NCBI GenBank assembly: GCA_046293175.1
Contig: JBKBPM010000002.1
Span: forward strand, 158,428-222,427
Length of the DNA stretch: 64,000 bases
Reading direction: 5' to 3'
From: Minisyncoccia bacterium
GTDB lineage: Bacteria; Patescibacteriota; Minisyncoccia; Phycocordibacterales; UBA918
Within the stretch, counting starts at the first letter, position 1. Every line of letters begins with the position of its first letter. Both the position numbers and the translations under genes were made by a program. Of the stretch, positions 29,442 through 38,001 are shown piece after piece. The notes beneath the pieces are model-generated. The model saw nothing but the letters and a program-made list of their open reading frames with translations. It did no database searches and was not told where the DNA came from.

Positions 29442-30536
29442 ATGTCGATTAGTTCGTTACTCGCGCGCTATTTACCGCCGCCCCAGTTCCTTTCTATGCC
29501 AAGCCTTGGGGTGGATATTTCTGATACCTCACTCAAGTACGTACAGTTTGGTGATGAAAAGCGGGGGATGCGCCCGCTCAAAATGTGGGGAGAAATTGAT
29601 ATTCCTACTGGGGTACTCGATCGGGGGTATGTCCACGATCAAAAGAAGTTGGCTGAAGTACTTAAAGAGTGTAAGCAAAAGACTAATGCTACCTTTGTGC
29701 GAGTTTCTCTTCCAGAGGAACGAGCGTACCTATTTGAAACCGAAATAAAACGTTCAACTCCGACCAAAGAGATCCGTAGTCTCCTCGAATTTCGCCTAGA
29801 AGAAAACGTTCCCATCCCAGCCCGGGAAGCCTTTTTTGATTTTGATATCCTCAAAGGGGAGACGACTGATAAGACCGTACGTGTAGTGGTAGCAGCGTAT
29901 GCACGTGAGACCATCCTCAATTATTTTGATGCCTGTAATGAAGCTGGACTCATACCACTCTCTTTTGAAGTAGAGGCGCAGGCGATGGTGCGTTCCGTGT
30001 TACCAACTGGCGCACGTGGTGCCCATATGTTGGTGGACTTTGGGAAGACGCGTACCGGGGTGGGGATAGTGCTTGATGGCACTTTGATGTACACCTCCAC
30101 TATCGACTTTGGTGGGAATCAACTTTCAGAGGTGTTACGTAAGGTACATGGACAAATTACTGAAGGGGAGCTCACCACCATCAAAAATACCCAAGGACTC
30201 ATTAAGGGGGTGCACGATACACGTAGCTATGATGCACTTATTTCGACTATCTCGGTGATTAAAGATGAACTTTCGTCTCGGATTCAATACTGGCACGGTG
30301 GTAATTACAAAACCGACTCCCGTCGCATTCAGTCAGTGACGCTCTGTGGTGGTAGTTCAAATCTCAAAGGCCTGCCGGAATACTTTACCGAGACGCTTGG
30401 TATTCCGACCTCACGGGCGAGTGTCTGGCAAAATGCTTTTCGAGTTGATGACTACATCCCACCAGTGAGTGTCCGATATTCGTATGGCTATGCTACTGCG
30501 ATTGGTCTCGCGTTGCCGTCACAAAATCCTCTATGA
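29442..30536 (+). CDS. pilM: Type IV pilus assembly protein PilM
   Basis: GVDISD..LK, VDFGKTRT, LCGGSSNLKGL, AIGLAL. Confidence 0.88.
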   Translation: MSISSLLARYLPPPQFLSMPSLGVDISDTSLKYVQFGDEKRGMRPLKMWGEIDIPTGVLDRGYVHDQKKLAEVLKECKQKTNATFVRVSLPEERAYLFETEIKRSTPTKEIRSLLEFRLEENVPIPAREAFFDFDILKGETTDKTVRVVVAAYARETILNYFDACNEAGLIPLSFEVEAQAMVRSVLPTGARGAHMLVDFGKTRTGVGIVLDGTLMYTSTIDFGGNQLSEVLRKVHGQITEGELTTIKNTQGLIKGVHDTRSYDALISTISVIKDELSSRIQYWHGGNYKTDSRRIQSVTLCGGSSNLKGLPEYFTETLGIPTSRASVWQNAFRVDDYIPPVSVRYSYGYATAIGLALPSQNPL

Positions 30537-31069
30537 TAAACCTGATTCCACCTAGTGCTGAAAAGCTAATCATCAAAGAGTATTGGCTCCGCGTCTTGGC
30601 GGTATGGTTGTTCTTGTTTGGAACAGGCTGCTTGATTGTGGCGAGTTTACACCTCCCGACCTATGTGCTGTTGCGCAATGAGCTCACCAGTCTCCGCGAA
30701 CAGGTCGCGAACAACGCTGCAGAGACGGCTTCGTTTGATACTGGTTCAGCAGCGCTTGCTACCGCTATGGCCGAAGCTGCGCTCTTGCAATCGGCAGGTA
30801 CGAGTAGTGCTCTTCATGTAGATGACATCAAAGCTCTAACTGAAATTGCTGGGAGTGAAGTCATCTTGTCATCTTTTGTGTTTACCAAGGCGGATAGTAC
30901 AACAATGGTGACCCTGATCGGGACGGCGCGCACCCGCGCCGCTCTGGCAAATTTTCGTGATGCTATTGAGGCTGATCAACGTTTTGCTGATGCGATTTTG
31001 CCAATTTCGAGTCTCATCAAAGATCGCAATATTGACTTTACTATGACCGTAACAAGTACCCACCTATGA
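30533..31069 (+). CDS. pilN: PilN-like protein
   Basis: MINLIP motif, TM, GTARTR; overlaps pilM. Confidence 0.75.
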   Translation: MINLIPPSAEKLIIKEYWLRVLAVWLFLFGTGCLIVASLHLPTYVLLRNELTSLREQVANNAAETASFDTGSAALATAMAEAALLQSAGTSSALHVDDIKALTEIAGSEVILSSFVFTKADSTTMVTLIGTARTRAALANFRDAIEADQRFADAILPISSLIKDRNIDFTMTVTSTHL

Positions 31070-31575
31070 CCAAACAAACTGTCACAACGCTTGGTGTTGC
31101 TTCTCTCTACTTTGTGATTGTGGCGTCGGTTATGGTGTATGCGTTTATATCGGTACGTTCGCAAAAAGCTGATGCGCTGGCACTGGCGACTACATTGGCA
31201 GAACAGACGAGTAAACAATCGGTCGCTCGCACAGTAGCCACTACCATTGAATCAACCGCCGCACTTCGCGAAGAGGTCAGCACGTACTTTTTAGAAGAGA
31301 AAGAAACCATCTCGTTTATTACCGAGATTGAAGGTCTCGCTGGTGTACTTGGAGTGACGATTGAAACAACCTCCCTAGATATGACTAAAACAGAAGGTGG
31401 TCGGGGTGAGCTCAAAACTGGCTTTTCAGTAAAAGGCACCCGAGCAGCGGTGCTCCGTTTTATGGAGGCAATTGAAACACTCCCATACCATAGTCGGATT
31501 GCGACCATGCAGGTGACCGGTGAGGGTAATGAATGGCGTGGACAGGTAGATATCTTTGTTACAATAAAACCATGA
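31066..31575 (+). CDS. pilO: PilO-like protein
   Basis: TM, G....VLRFMEAIETLP; position in the pilMN operon. Confidence 0.7.
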   Translation: MTKQTVTTLGVASLYFVIVASVMVYAFISVRSQKADALALATTLAEQTSKQSVARTVATTIESTAALREEVSTYFLEEKETISFITEIEGLAGVLGVTIETTSLDMTKTEGGRGELKTGFSVKGTRAAVLRFMEAIETLPYHSRIATMQVTGEGNEWRGQVDIFVTIKP

Positions 31576-32030
31576 TAGACCAAGCGCGTATTCAACAAAT
31601 AGTAAAACGTCTTCTGAAGTCGCCTTCGGTCGAGGAACGACAAGCCATTAATCCACCACGGGAATGGGCCCTTGGTATTATGCTTTCACTAATTGGTGTT
31701 GGGGTAGGAGGGGCGGTGAGTTACCTTTCATATCTAAATACCGTATCGGTTGAGGTGGTGGCTCCGGTAGTTGTTGAACCTGCAGCGTATAGCGGGGTAG
31801 TAGTCGAAGGTGCCGCGATGCAATTCCGAGAGCGGGCAGCGCGGTTTGCCGAGCTGCGCGGGGACACTAGTGTTCCGGTTCCAGCGCCAATTGAAACTGT
31901 GGCAACTACAACAAAAGCCGAAGTACCGCCACCGACAGAAGTTGAAGTTGTGCCGGAGATACCAGAGACACCAGTCGATGAGGCTCCGGCTTCGGAACCG
32001 GATGGTTTGACACCGGAGTTGGGTGTGTAG
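31572..32030 (+). CDS. Hypothetical membrane protein in the pil operon
   Basis: ATGA overlap, one TM, Pro/Glu-rich tail. Confidence 0.7.
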   Translation: MIDQARIQQIVKRLLKSPSVEERQAINPPREWALGIMLSLIGVGVGGAVSYLSYLNTVSVEVVAPVVVEPAAYSGVVVEGAAMQFRERAARFAELRGDTSVPVPAPIETVATTTKAEVPPPTEVEVVPEIPETPVDEAPASEPDGLTPELGV

Positions 32031-32057
32031 GGTACAGTTACAAATCGTGAATCATTT

Positions 32058-32321
32058 GGTCACCAGTCACTAATTATAATTGTTCACTACGTTCGAAATC
32101 TACTAAGTGTTCACGACCTTGGCTTGGAATCGTCCTGACGGTCACCAAGCTAGATTGTTTCGTATACACTCACAATCTAGCAGGTGCCGCGGGACACGGC
32201 TCGCCGGCCCTAAACTTGCAAAAGCGTCCCACGCTTTCTCACCCGGCTTTGCCGTTCGATTCCAAGCCGTGCCTACAAATGGCAACAGCCAGAACGCATG
32301 CGCGTGCTGGCTGGCCATTTG
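32058..32321 (-). repeat. tRNA-Arg(TCT) 3' modular palindromic element
   Basis: Hairpin, 16-nt antisense (32254-32269), TGA..GAAA hairpin, GGAC then direct repeat (32121-32132), followed by the module shared with tRNA-Lys. Confidence 0.88.
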
Positions 32322-32393
32322 TGCCCCGGCTTGGAATCGAACCAAGAATAACGGCTTAGAAGTCCGCAGTTATATCCATTTAACTACCGGGAC
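32322..32393 (-). tRNA. tRNA-Arg(TCT)
   Basis: GTCCCGG/CCGGGGC acceptor stem, CTTCTAA loop, CTTGGTTCGATTCCAAG. Confidence 0.93.
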
Positions 32394-32487
32394 GCACCCC
32401 ATCTAAAGATGAGGTGAAGCTAGCATAGCAAAAAAATGCTGTGTCGGAAACTTCGTAAATCGTGGCAGGTTTTGTATACTAAGGCGT

Positions 32488-33225
32488 ATGCAAACACGAC
32501 CGACTATTCTCTTGGTACAATTCAGACAAACTCCTGCTGCAGATTTGCTTGAACGACAGAGTATTGAACGTGAAGTTTCTCCTTTTGTAACTGTAAAAAC
32601 AATTTGTGGTGTCACTGAAGATGTTCGGGCAGTATTAAACGAAGTCGATGGAGTGATTCTTGGTGGTTCGGGCGACTACGACTTTGATGGGGCGCGGTCA
32701 GTTGATGATCCGGTGCGGGCTCGTACTGAGAGCCTCTTCCGTTCTCTTGGTCCGACGCTTGATTATTTATTTACTATCGATAAACCCCTCCTTGGTATCT
32801 GTTTTGGACACCAGCTCATGGGTGCCTTTCGAGGGGCTAGTGTCTATCATGATAAAGAGCAGAGTAAGTTGAAGACTCACACGGTGACCATGCATGAGGA
32901 AGGGCGAAATCATCGCCTGTTCGCGAACATGCCGACTACCTTTGATGCGCAGTATGGGCACAAGGATGTACTTGCACATATTCCGACGGGCGCAACGTTG
33001 CTCGCCCACGGCGGTGAGTCGTGTCGGGTCTCAGCGCTCGCGTATAGTGATAATATTATCTCGACACAATTCCATCCCGAATTGACCTTAACCGATATGT
33101 ATGACCGTGTGGCCCATATTCCACACTATTTGCCTGAGGGAACGACCGTGGATGAAATGTTTTTTGATACTCCGCACGCGCGGACGATTTTGCATAATTT
33201 TGCGAAGGTGGTGGCGGTGGGGTAG
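32488..33225 (+). CDS. Class I glutamine amidotransferase
   Basis: GVILGGS, PLLGICFGHQ, TQFHPE. Confidence 0.9.
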   Translation: MQTRPTILLVQFRQTPAADLLERQSIEREVSPFVTVKTICGVTEDVRAVLNEVDGVILGGSGDYDFDGARSVDDPVRARTESLFRSLGPTLDYLFTIDKPLLGICFGHQLMGAFRGASVYHDKEQSKLKTHTVTMHEEGRNHRLFANMPTTFDAQYGHKDVLAHIPTGATLLAHGGESCRVSALAYSDNIISTQFHPELTLTDMYDRVAHIPHYLPEGTTVDEMFFDTPHARTILHNFAKVVAVG

Positions 33226-33229
33226 GGGC

Positions 33230-33418
33230 GGGACTTGGTCATAAGTCACTAAGCTTTTTATTGAACTCAGTTCATAAAAATCTAAGTACTTGCGACCCCT
33301 CCTTGACTCTCTCTTTCTCCGCTTCGCTCCGAAATTCGCATGAGTCCCCGGCTTTCAAGTCCCTTATCGCCAGACCAACAGCAACGGCCGGAACACTAAC
33401 GTGTTCCGGCCGGCTGAT
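33230..33418 (-). repeat. tRNA-Val 3' modular palindromic element
   Basis: Hairpin, antisense GGCGATAAGGGACTTGAA (33354-33371), 21-nt block identical to the Leu trailer, GACC then AAGTCCC. Confidence 0.88.
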
Positions 33419-33494
33419 TGGTGGGCGATGAGGGACTTGAACCCCCGACCTTCTCAGTGTAAATGAGCTGCTCTACCAACTGAGCTAATCGCCC
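33419..33494 (-). tRNA. tRNA-Val(TAC)
   Basis: GGGCGATTAGCTCAGTTGGTAGAGC, TTTACAC loop, GGTTCAAGTCC, CCA encoded. Confidence 0.97.
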
Positions 33495-33579
33495 GCACTT
33501 AGTTGCCTAAGGTAGCCACTATACTACCTGCTTTTGAAAATATTTCAATAGCTGCTCATTATTAGGTATACTGGTGACT

Positions 33580-33855
33580 ATGATAGAGCTGCACGCAACC
33601 GTAACCGGAAAAGTCCAAGGCGTCCGCTACCGGGACTATGTTCAACAAGTAGCTACCAATATGGGATTGGTTGGTTCGGTCGAGAATCGGAGAGATGGTT
33701 CAGTTTTTGTGATTGCCCAAGGTATGCCTGACGTACTTAAGGAATTTGTTGAGTACCTCCATGAGGGATCTCTCCTTTCTAAGGTAGATGGGGTAGCGGT
33801 TGAGTGGCGGAGCCAGGCGAAGGTTTACCAAGAGTTCTCCATTCTTTTTACTTAG
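33580..33855 (+). CDS. acyP: Acylphosphatase
   Basis: VTGKVQGVRYR, GSVENRRDGSV. Confidence 0.92.
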   Translation: MIELHATVTGKVQGVRYRDYVQQVATNMGLVGSVENRRDGSVFVIAQGMPDVLKEFVEYLHEGSLLSKVDGVAVEWRSQAKVYQEFSILFT

Positions 33856-33859
33856 CTGT

Positions 33860-34546
33860 ATGACAGATAGCCCAATACGTCCCACCTGCGTTGGTTTTAT
33901 CATGGATGGTAACCGTCGCTGGGCACTCGAGCAAAATGCGGAAACAATCTTTGGTCACGAAGCCGGTGAAAAAAAATTTTATGAAGTGGCACAGTGGATA
34001 AAAGAAGCGCATATTCCACACGCGGTCTTTTATGCGTTTTCCAGTGAGAACTGGAAGCGTAGTTTGCTTGAGGTGACCTATCTTCAAGAACTCTTTTTGC
34101 GCTTCACGAAGCGAATGTTGGCCGAAGTGCACCAATGGCAGGTGAGAGTCAACGTTTTTGGAGATCTCTCCCTATTTAGTGATGAGCTGCGACAAGCAGT
34201 TGGTGAACTCATGCAGGAAAGTGCCCGCTATGAGACTACTACTATTTGGGTAGCGCTCTCTTATGGTGGGCGAGCAGAGATAGTGGCGGCAGTCAACAAA
34301 GCAATCGTTGTAGGGCGACCAGTTGATGATGTGACCTTTGCTCGTCACCTGGCTACCGCTGGAATGCCAGACCCTGACCTTATTATTCGGACTGGGGGAG
34401 ACGTTCGACTGTCTAATTTTTTACCGTGGCAGTCGGTCTACAGCGAGCTTATGTTTACTCCTACCTATTGGCCGGCATTTACTAAAGACGAATTTATGAG
34501 TATGCTGACGCAGTATGGAGATAGAAAACGTCGTTTCGGACGCTAA
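33860..34546 (+). CDS. uppS: Undecaprenyl diphosphate synthase
   Basis: IMDGNRRWA, YAFSSENWKR, SYGGRAEI, IRTGGDVRLSNFLPWQ. Confidence 0.95.
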   Translation: MTDSPIRPTCVGFIMDGNRRWALEQNAETIFGHEAGEKKFYEVAQWIKEAHIPHAVFYAFSSENWKRSLLEVTYLQELFLRFTKRMLAEVHQWQVRVNVFGDLSLFSDELRQAVGELMQESARYETTTIWVALSYGGRAEIVAAVNKAIVVGRPVDDVTFARHLATAGMPDPDLIIRTGGDVRLSNFLPWQSVYSELMFTPTYWPAFTKDEFMSMLTQYGDRKRRFGR

Positions 34547-35291
34547 AGATATAACTGAGCCAGTGGTCCTCTTTGAAAATGAGGCTGTGTTGGTCGTGAA
34601 TAAGCCCTACGGTATGCTCGTTCACGAGGATTGGCAAAAAGCCGATACGACACTTGTCGATTGGTTCTTGATCCGCTGTCCGGAGGCGAAGGGAGTGGGG
34701 GAAGCGACCGCGACCCCTGATGGGAAGCCACTTGAACGCTCTGGGGTAGTCCACCGACTCGACCGTGATACTTCCGGCGTCATGATCCTGGCAAAGACGG
34801 CGGAGGCTCATGCGCACCTCAAGGCCCAGTTCCATGATCGTCACGCCAAAAAAGAATATCGTGCCTTTGTCTACGGTCGCCTCAATGAACGGTGGGGAAC
34901 GATTAATCGCCCGATTGGTCGCAATACCCAGAACTTCCGCCTACGCTCCGCCCAGCGGGGTGCCAAAGGTACGTTGCGCAGTGCCGTGACAGATTGGGAA
35001 CGAATTGCGGCCGGCGAGTACGCAGGAGAGCCCTTTTCCTATGTAAAGCTTATCCCGAAGACTGGACGTACTCACCAGCTGCGCGTCCACCTCAAAGCCA
35101 TTGACCGACCAATTGTGGGGGATGTCCTCTACAGCGGCAAAAAGCGAGAACTTTCTAACAATCTTGAGCTCGACCGTTTGGCCCTCCATGCTCATGTCCT
35201 TGAGCTTACGTTGCCAAATGGAAGCCTTGAACGCTTTATTGCTCCGGTACCCCACAGCTTTGAACTAGCAGCGGAACGTATTGCAGAATAA
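34515..35291 (+). CDS. RluA/RluD family pseudouridine synthase
   Basis: NKPYG, VHRLDRDTSG, TGRTHQLRVH, LHA. Confidence 0.93.
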   Translation: MEIENVVSDAKDITEPVVLFENEAVLVVNKPYGMLVHEDWQKADTTLVDWFLIRCPEAKGVGEATATPDGKPLERSGVVHRLDRDTSGVMILAKTAEAHAHLKAQFHDRHAKKEYRAFVYGRLNERWGTINRPIGRNTQNFRLRSAQRGAKGTLRSAVTDWERIAAGEYAGEPFSYVKLIPKTGRTHQLRVHLKAIDRPIVGDVLYSGKKRELSNNLELDRLALHAHVLELTLPNGSLERFIAPVPHSFELAAERIAE

Positions 35292-35357
35292 GGGAGCTTG
35301 TGGTAGATTAGGGCACGTTTTACACGGACCAGAGGCATTTATTGTTATTATTATTGT

Positions 35358-35930
35358 ATGAACACAGCATTACAAGGCGTTGCTATCTCGCCAGTACAGA
35401 TGGCAGACCGCAAAGCGCTCGGCATCAAGCCAGGTGACACAGTTAAGGTGCACCAGAAAATCGTCGATAAGGGAAAGACTCGTCTTCAGGTATTTGAAGG
35501 TGTGGTCCTTGCTCGTAAGCATGGCAATGAGCCAGGCGCTACATTCACCGTCCGTAAGGTTTCAAGTGGGGTTGGCGTAGAGAAGATTTTCCCGCTCTAC
35601 ACACCACTGATTGAAAAAATTGAAATTGTGAAGCGCGCCAAGGTCCGTCGTGCCAAGCTCTATTACATCCGCGAGAAGGTGGCGCGTGAAATCAAGCGTC
35701 AAATGCGCCGCATGTCTCTCGTTTCGATGTCTACTGAAAGTGAGACTGAAGCGAACGCTCGTATTGAAGCAGAAGCAAACGCGGTCGCCGAAGCTGCCGC
35801 CGCTGCAGAAGCAGCAGCACTCGCAGCTGCAGCACCAGCGATAGAAGAAACTCCAGCTGAAGCCACACCAGCGGTGGCTGAAGAAACTTCGGCTGTTGAA
35901 ACACCCGCTGAAGAAGAGAAGAAGGACTAA
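35358..35930 (+). CDS. rplS: 50S ribosomal protein L19 with Ala/Glu-rich C-terminal extension
   Basis: [40 protein letters not shown]. Confidence 0.95.
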   Translation: MNTALQGVAISPVQMADRKALGIKPGDTVKVHQKIVDKGKTRLQVFEGVVLARKHGNEPGATFTVRKVSSGVGVEKIFPLYTPLIEKIEIVKRAKVRRAKLYYIREKVAREIKRQMRRMSLVSMSTESETEANARIEAEANAVAEAAAAAEAAALAAAAPAIEETPAEATPAVAEETSAVETPAEEEKKD

Positions 35931-36040
35931 AGAATTTTCCTCACAAAAACCGAACGCCTCGTGCGCTCGGTTTTTGTTATGGTTGCAAATTACGTACTTT
36001 CCGTGCATAATGTCGCCACTTGAGAAATCAAGGGACACCT

Positions 36041-36124
36041 GCCCAGGTGGCGAAATTGGTAGACGCACTACCTTGAGGTGGTAGCGCCTTCACAGGCATG
36101 CTGGTTCAAATCCAGTCTTGGGCA
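36041..36124 (+). tRNA. tRNA-Leu(GAG)
   Basis: GCCCAGGTGGCGAAATTGGTAGACGC, CTACC-TTGAGGT-GGTAG, long variable arm, GGTTCAAATCC. Confidence 0.96.
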
Positions 36125-36571
36125 CAATATAAAAGACGCACCGAGGTGCGTCTTTTATATTGTGCCCAAGAAGAAAAGCATTAATATGCTTTTCGTCTGG
36201 ATTTGAAAGCCGCAGCGTTGTTTTCTTTTAACAAAAAAGAAAACCGCGAGGCGGGGTCGAGAGTACTTAGATTTTTATGAACGAAGTGAAATAAAAAGCT
36301 TTGTAACTTGTGACCTAATCCAGTCTTGGTTATTCATAATACCGAAACGGGTGAGCCCTGGGTGAGAAATGGGAAAGGGACCCATTTCGCAAGACCTTTT
36401 GAGAAATCTTTTATTTCCAAAAGGGGTACTGCTCCTGTAAGGAGGAAGTTCTTACTAGAATTGGAGCGAAGCAAACAATTATAGTTAGCAACTTGACCCC
36501 AGTGAAAATACGCACCTCAAAAACTTAGTGATTCGTGACCAAGACAAACAACTTCTGACCAAATCCACTCT
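36125..36571 (+). repeat. tRNA-Leu 3' tandem modular palindromic elements
   Basis: 27-bp perfect inverted repeat (36116-36142/36145-36171), antisense CTGGATTTGAA, shared modules, direct repeats 36317-36329 and 36561-36571 after GACC. Confidence 0.9.
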
Positions 36572-36610
36572 CTACACCACCGTCTATAGCTGATGATATA
36601 CTACTCCCGT

Positions 36611-37999
36611 ATGACCTACTCGCTTGCCCCACAGTTTCTAAAAGCCTTCAAAGATGCTGATATTCGTGGGACCTATCCCGAAGAGATTAACGAGGGAGTT
36701 GCCTACGCTGTAGCGCGTGCCTTTGTGGAGGAGTTTGCCTATACCAAGGTGGTGGTGGGACGAGATATGCGACTGTCTTCACCAGAGCTACACACCGCTT
36801 TTGTGGCTGGTGTGCGAGACGCCGGTGCGGACGTTATTGATGTGGGGATGGTAGCGACCCCACAGCTCTACTTTGCCTCTGGGTCCATGGATATCCCCGG
36901 GGTGATGATTACCGCCTCGCACAGTCCAGCTGAATATAATGGGATGAAGCTCGTGCATGCACAGGCGATACCGCTCACTAAGCGCAATGGCCTCGCGCAA
37001 CTCCTCAAACGAGTGAAAAAAGGGCAGCGGGTGACACCGAATAAAAAAGGAAAGTACACCAAAAAGAATATTGACGCTGGCTATCAGAAGCAAGTCCTCG
37101 CCGGCATCAAACCAAAGCGCTACGCCGGTATTCGTCTCGCGACCGATATTGGTAACGGGATGGCGCATGATATTGTGCCACTCTTAGCCGCAAAGCTCCC
37201 CATTAAGTTTGATACAATTTTTGCCCGCCGTGATGGTCATTTCCCGAATCGGGACTCTGATCCAAACCTCCGCGAGAATCAAATTGCGCTTGATAATAAA
37301 ATTGATCACGGTCACTATGACTTCGGTATCTCCTTTGATGGTGATGCTGACCGTATTGCTTTCTTAGACGAACATGGTAACTACGTAAACAGTGCCGCTA
37401 TTGGTGCCTTGATTGCGAAGCGTATTTTGGCTCGCGAACCAAAAGCGAAGATCGCCTCAACTAATCTCAATAGCCGTATCTACGACGAAACGATTAAAAA
37501 GCATGGAGGGAAAGTAGTAATGGCACGTACGGGACACACCTTTGTGAAAGAAGCGATGCGCAAACATCAAGCTGTCTTTGGTTGCGAATACTCAGGCCAC
37601 TTCTTCTTTCGTGATTTCTTTTATACCGATTCGGTGGTATTAACCCTCCGTGAGGTGCTTGATGCCTATGTCGAAGGTAAAGCCGCTGGGCAGACCTTCA
37701 GCCAGCTTATGGCACCGTACCTCATCTACGAACAGACCGAAGATATTGTCATACCAGTTAAAGATAAGGATGTCGCTATGGCGAAGGTTCATGACTATCT
37801 CGTCTCTCTAAAACCTAAAACACTCAAGAAATTTGATGGCTACTTTGTTGATTTCGGTGACGTGTGGGGTGCGGTCAAAATGAGTGTGACCGAATACGGC
37901 GTGAAGTTGATGTTTGAATCAACGAGCAAAACGAAAGCTCAAAAGCTTCAGCGGAAGATTCAGCAGTTTGTGAAATCGATTACCAAAGATACTCAATAG
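36611..37999 (+). CDS. Phosphomannomutase/phosphoglucomutase
   Basis: DIRG, ITASHSP, FDGDADR, CEYSGH. Confidence 0.92.
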   Translation: MTYSLAPQFLKAFKDADIRGTYPEEINEGVAYAVARAFVEEFAYTKVVVGRDMRLSSPELHTAFVAGVRDAGADVIDVGMVATPQLYFASGSMDIPGVMITASHSPAEYNGMKLVHAQAIPLTKRNGLAQLLKRVKKGQRVTPNKKGKYTKKNIDAGYQKQVLAGIKPKRYAGIRLATDIGNGMAHDIVPLLAAKLPIKFDTIFARRDGHFPNRDSDPNLRENQIALDNKIDHGHYDFGISFDGDADRIAFLDEHGNYVNSAAIGALIAKRILAREPKAKIASTNLNSRIYDETIKKHGGKVVMARTGHTFVKEAMRKHQAVFGCEYSGHFFFRDFFYTDSVVLTLREVLDAYVEGKAAGQTFSQLMAPYLIYEQTEDIVIPVKDKDVAMAKVHDYLVSLKPKTLKKFDGYFVDFGDVWGAVKMSVTEYGVKLMFESTSKTKAQKLQRKIQQFVKSITKDTQ

Positions 38000-38001
38000 C
38001 A

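Noticed and set aside
9087-36571. Group I/II tRNA introns or prophage remnants as the explanation of the tRNA trailers
   Set aside because: Each tRNA is intact upstream of its element; no intron core motifs, integrase or phage genes were recognised.
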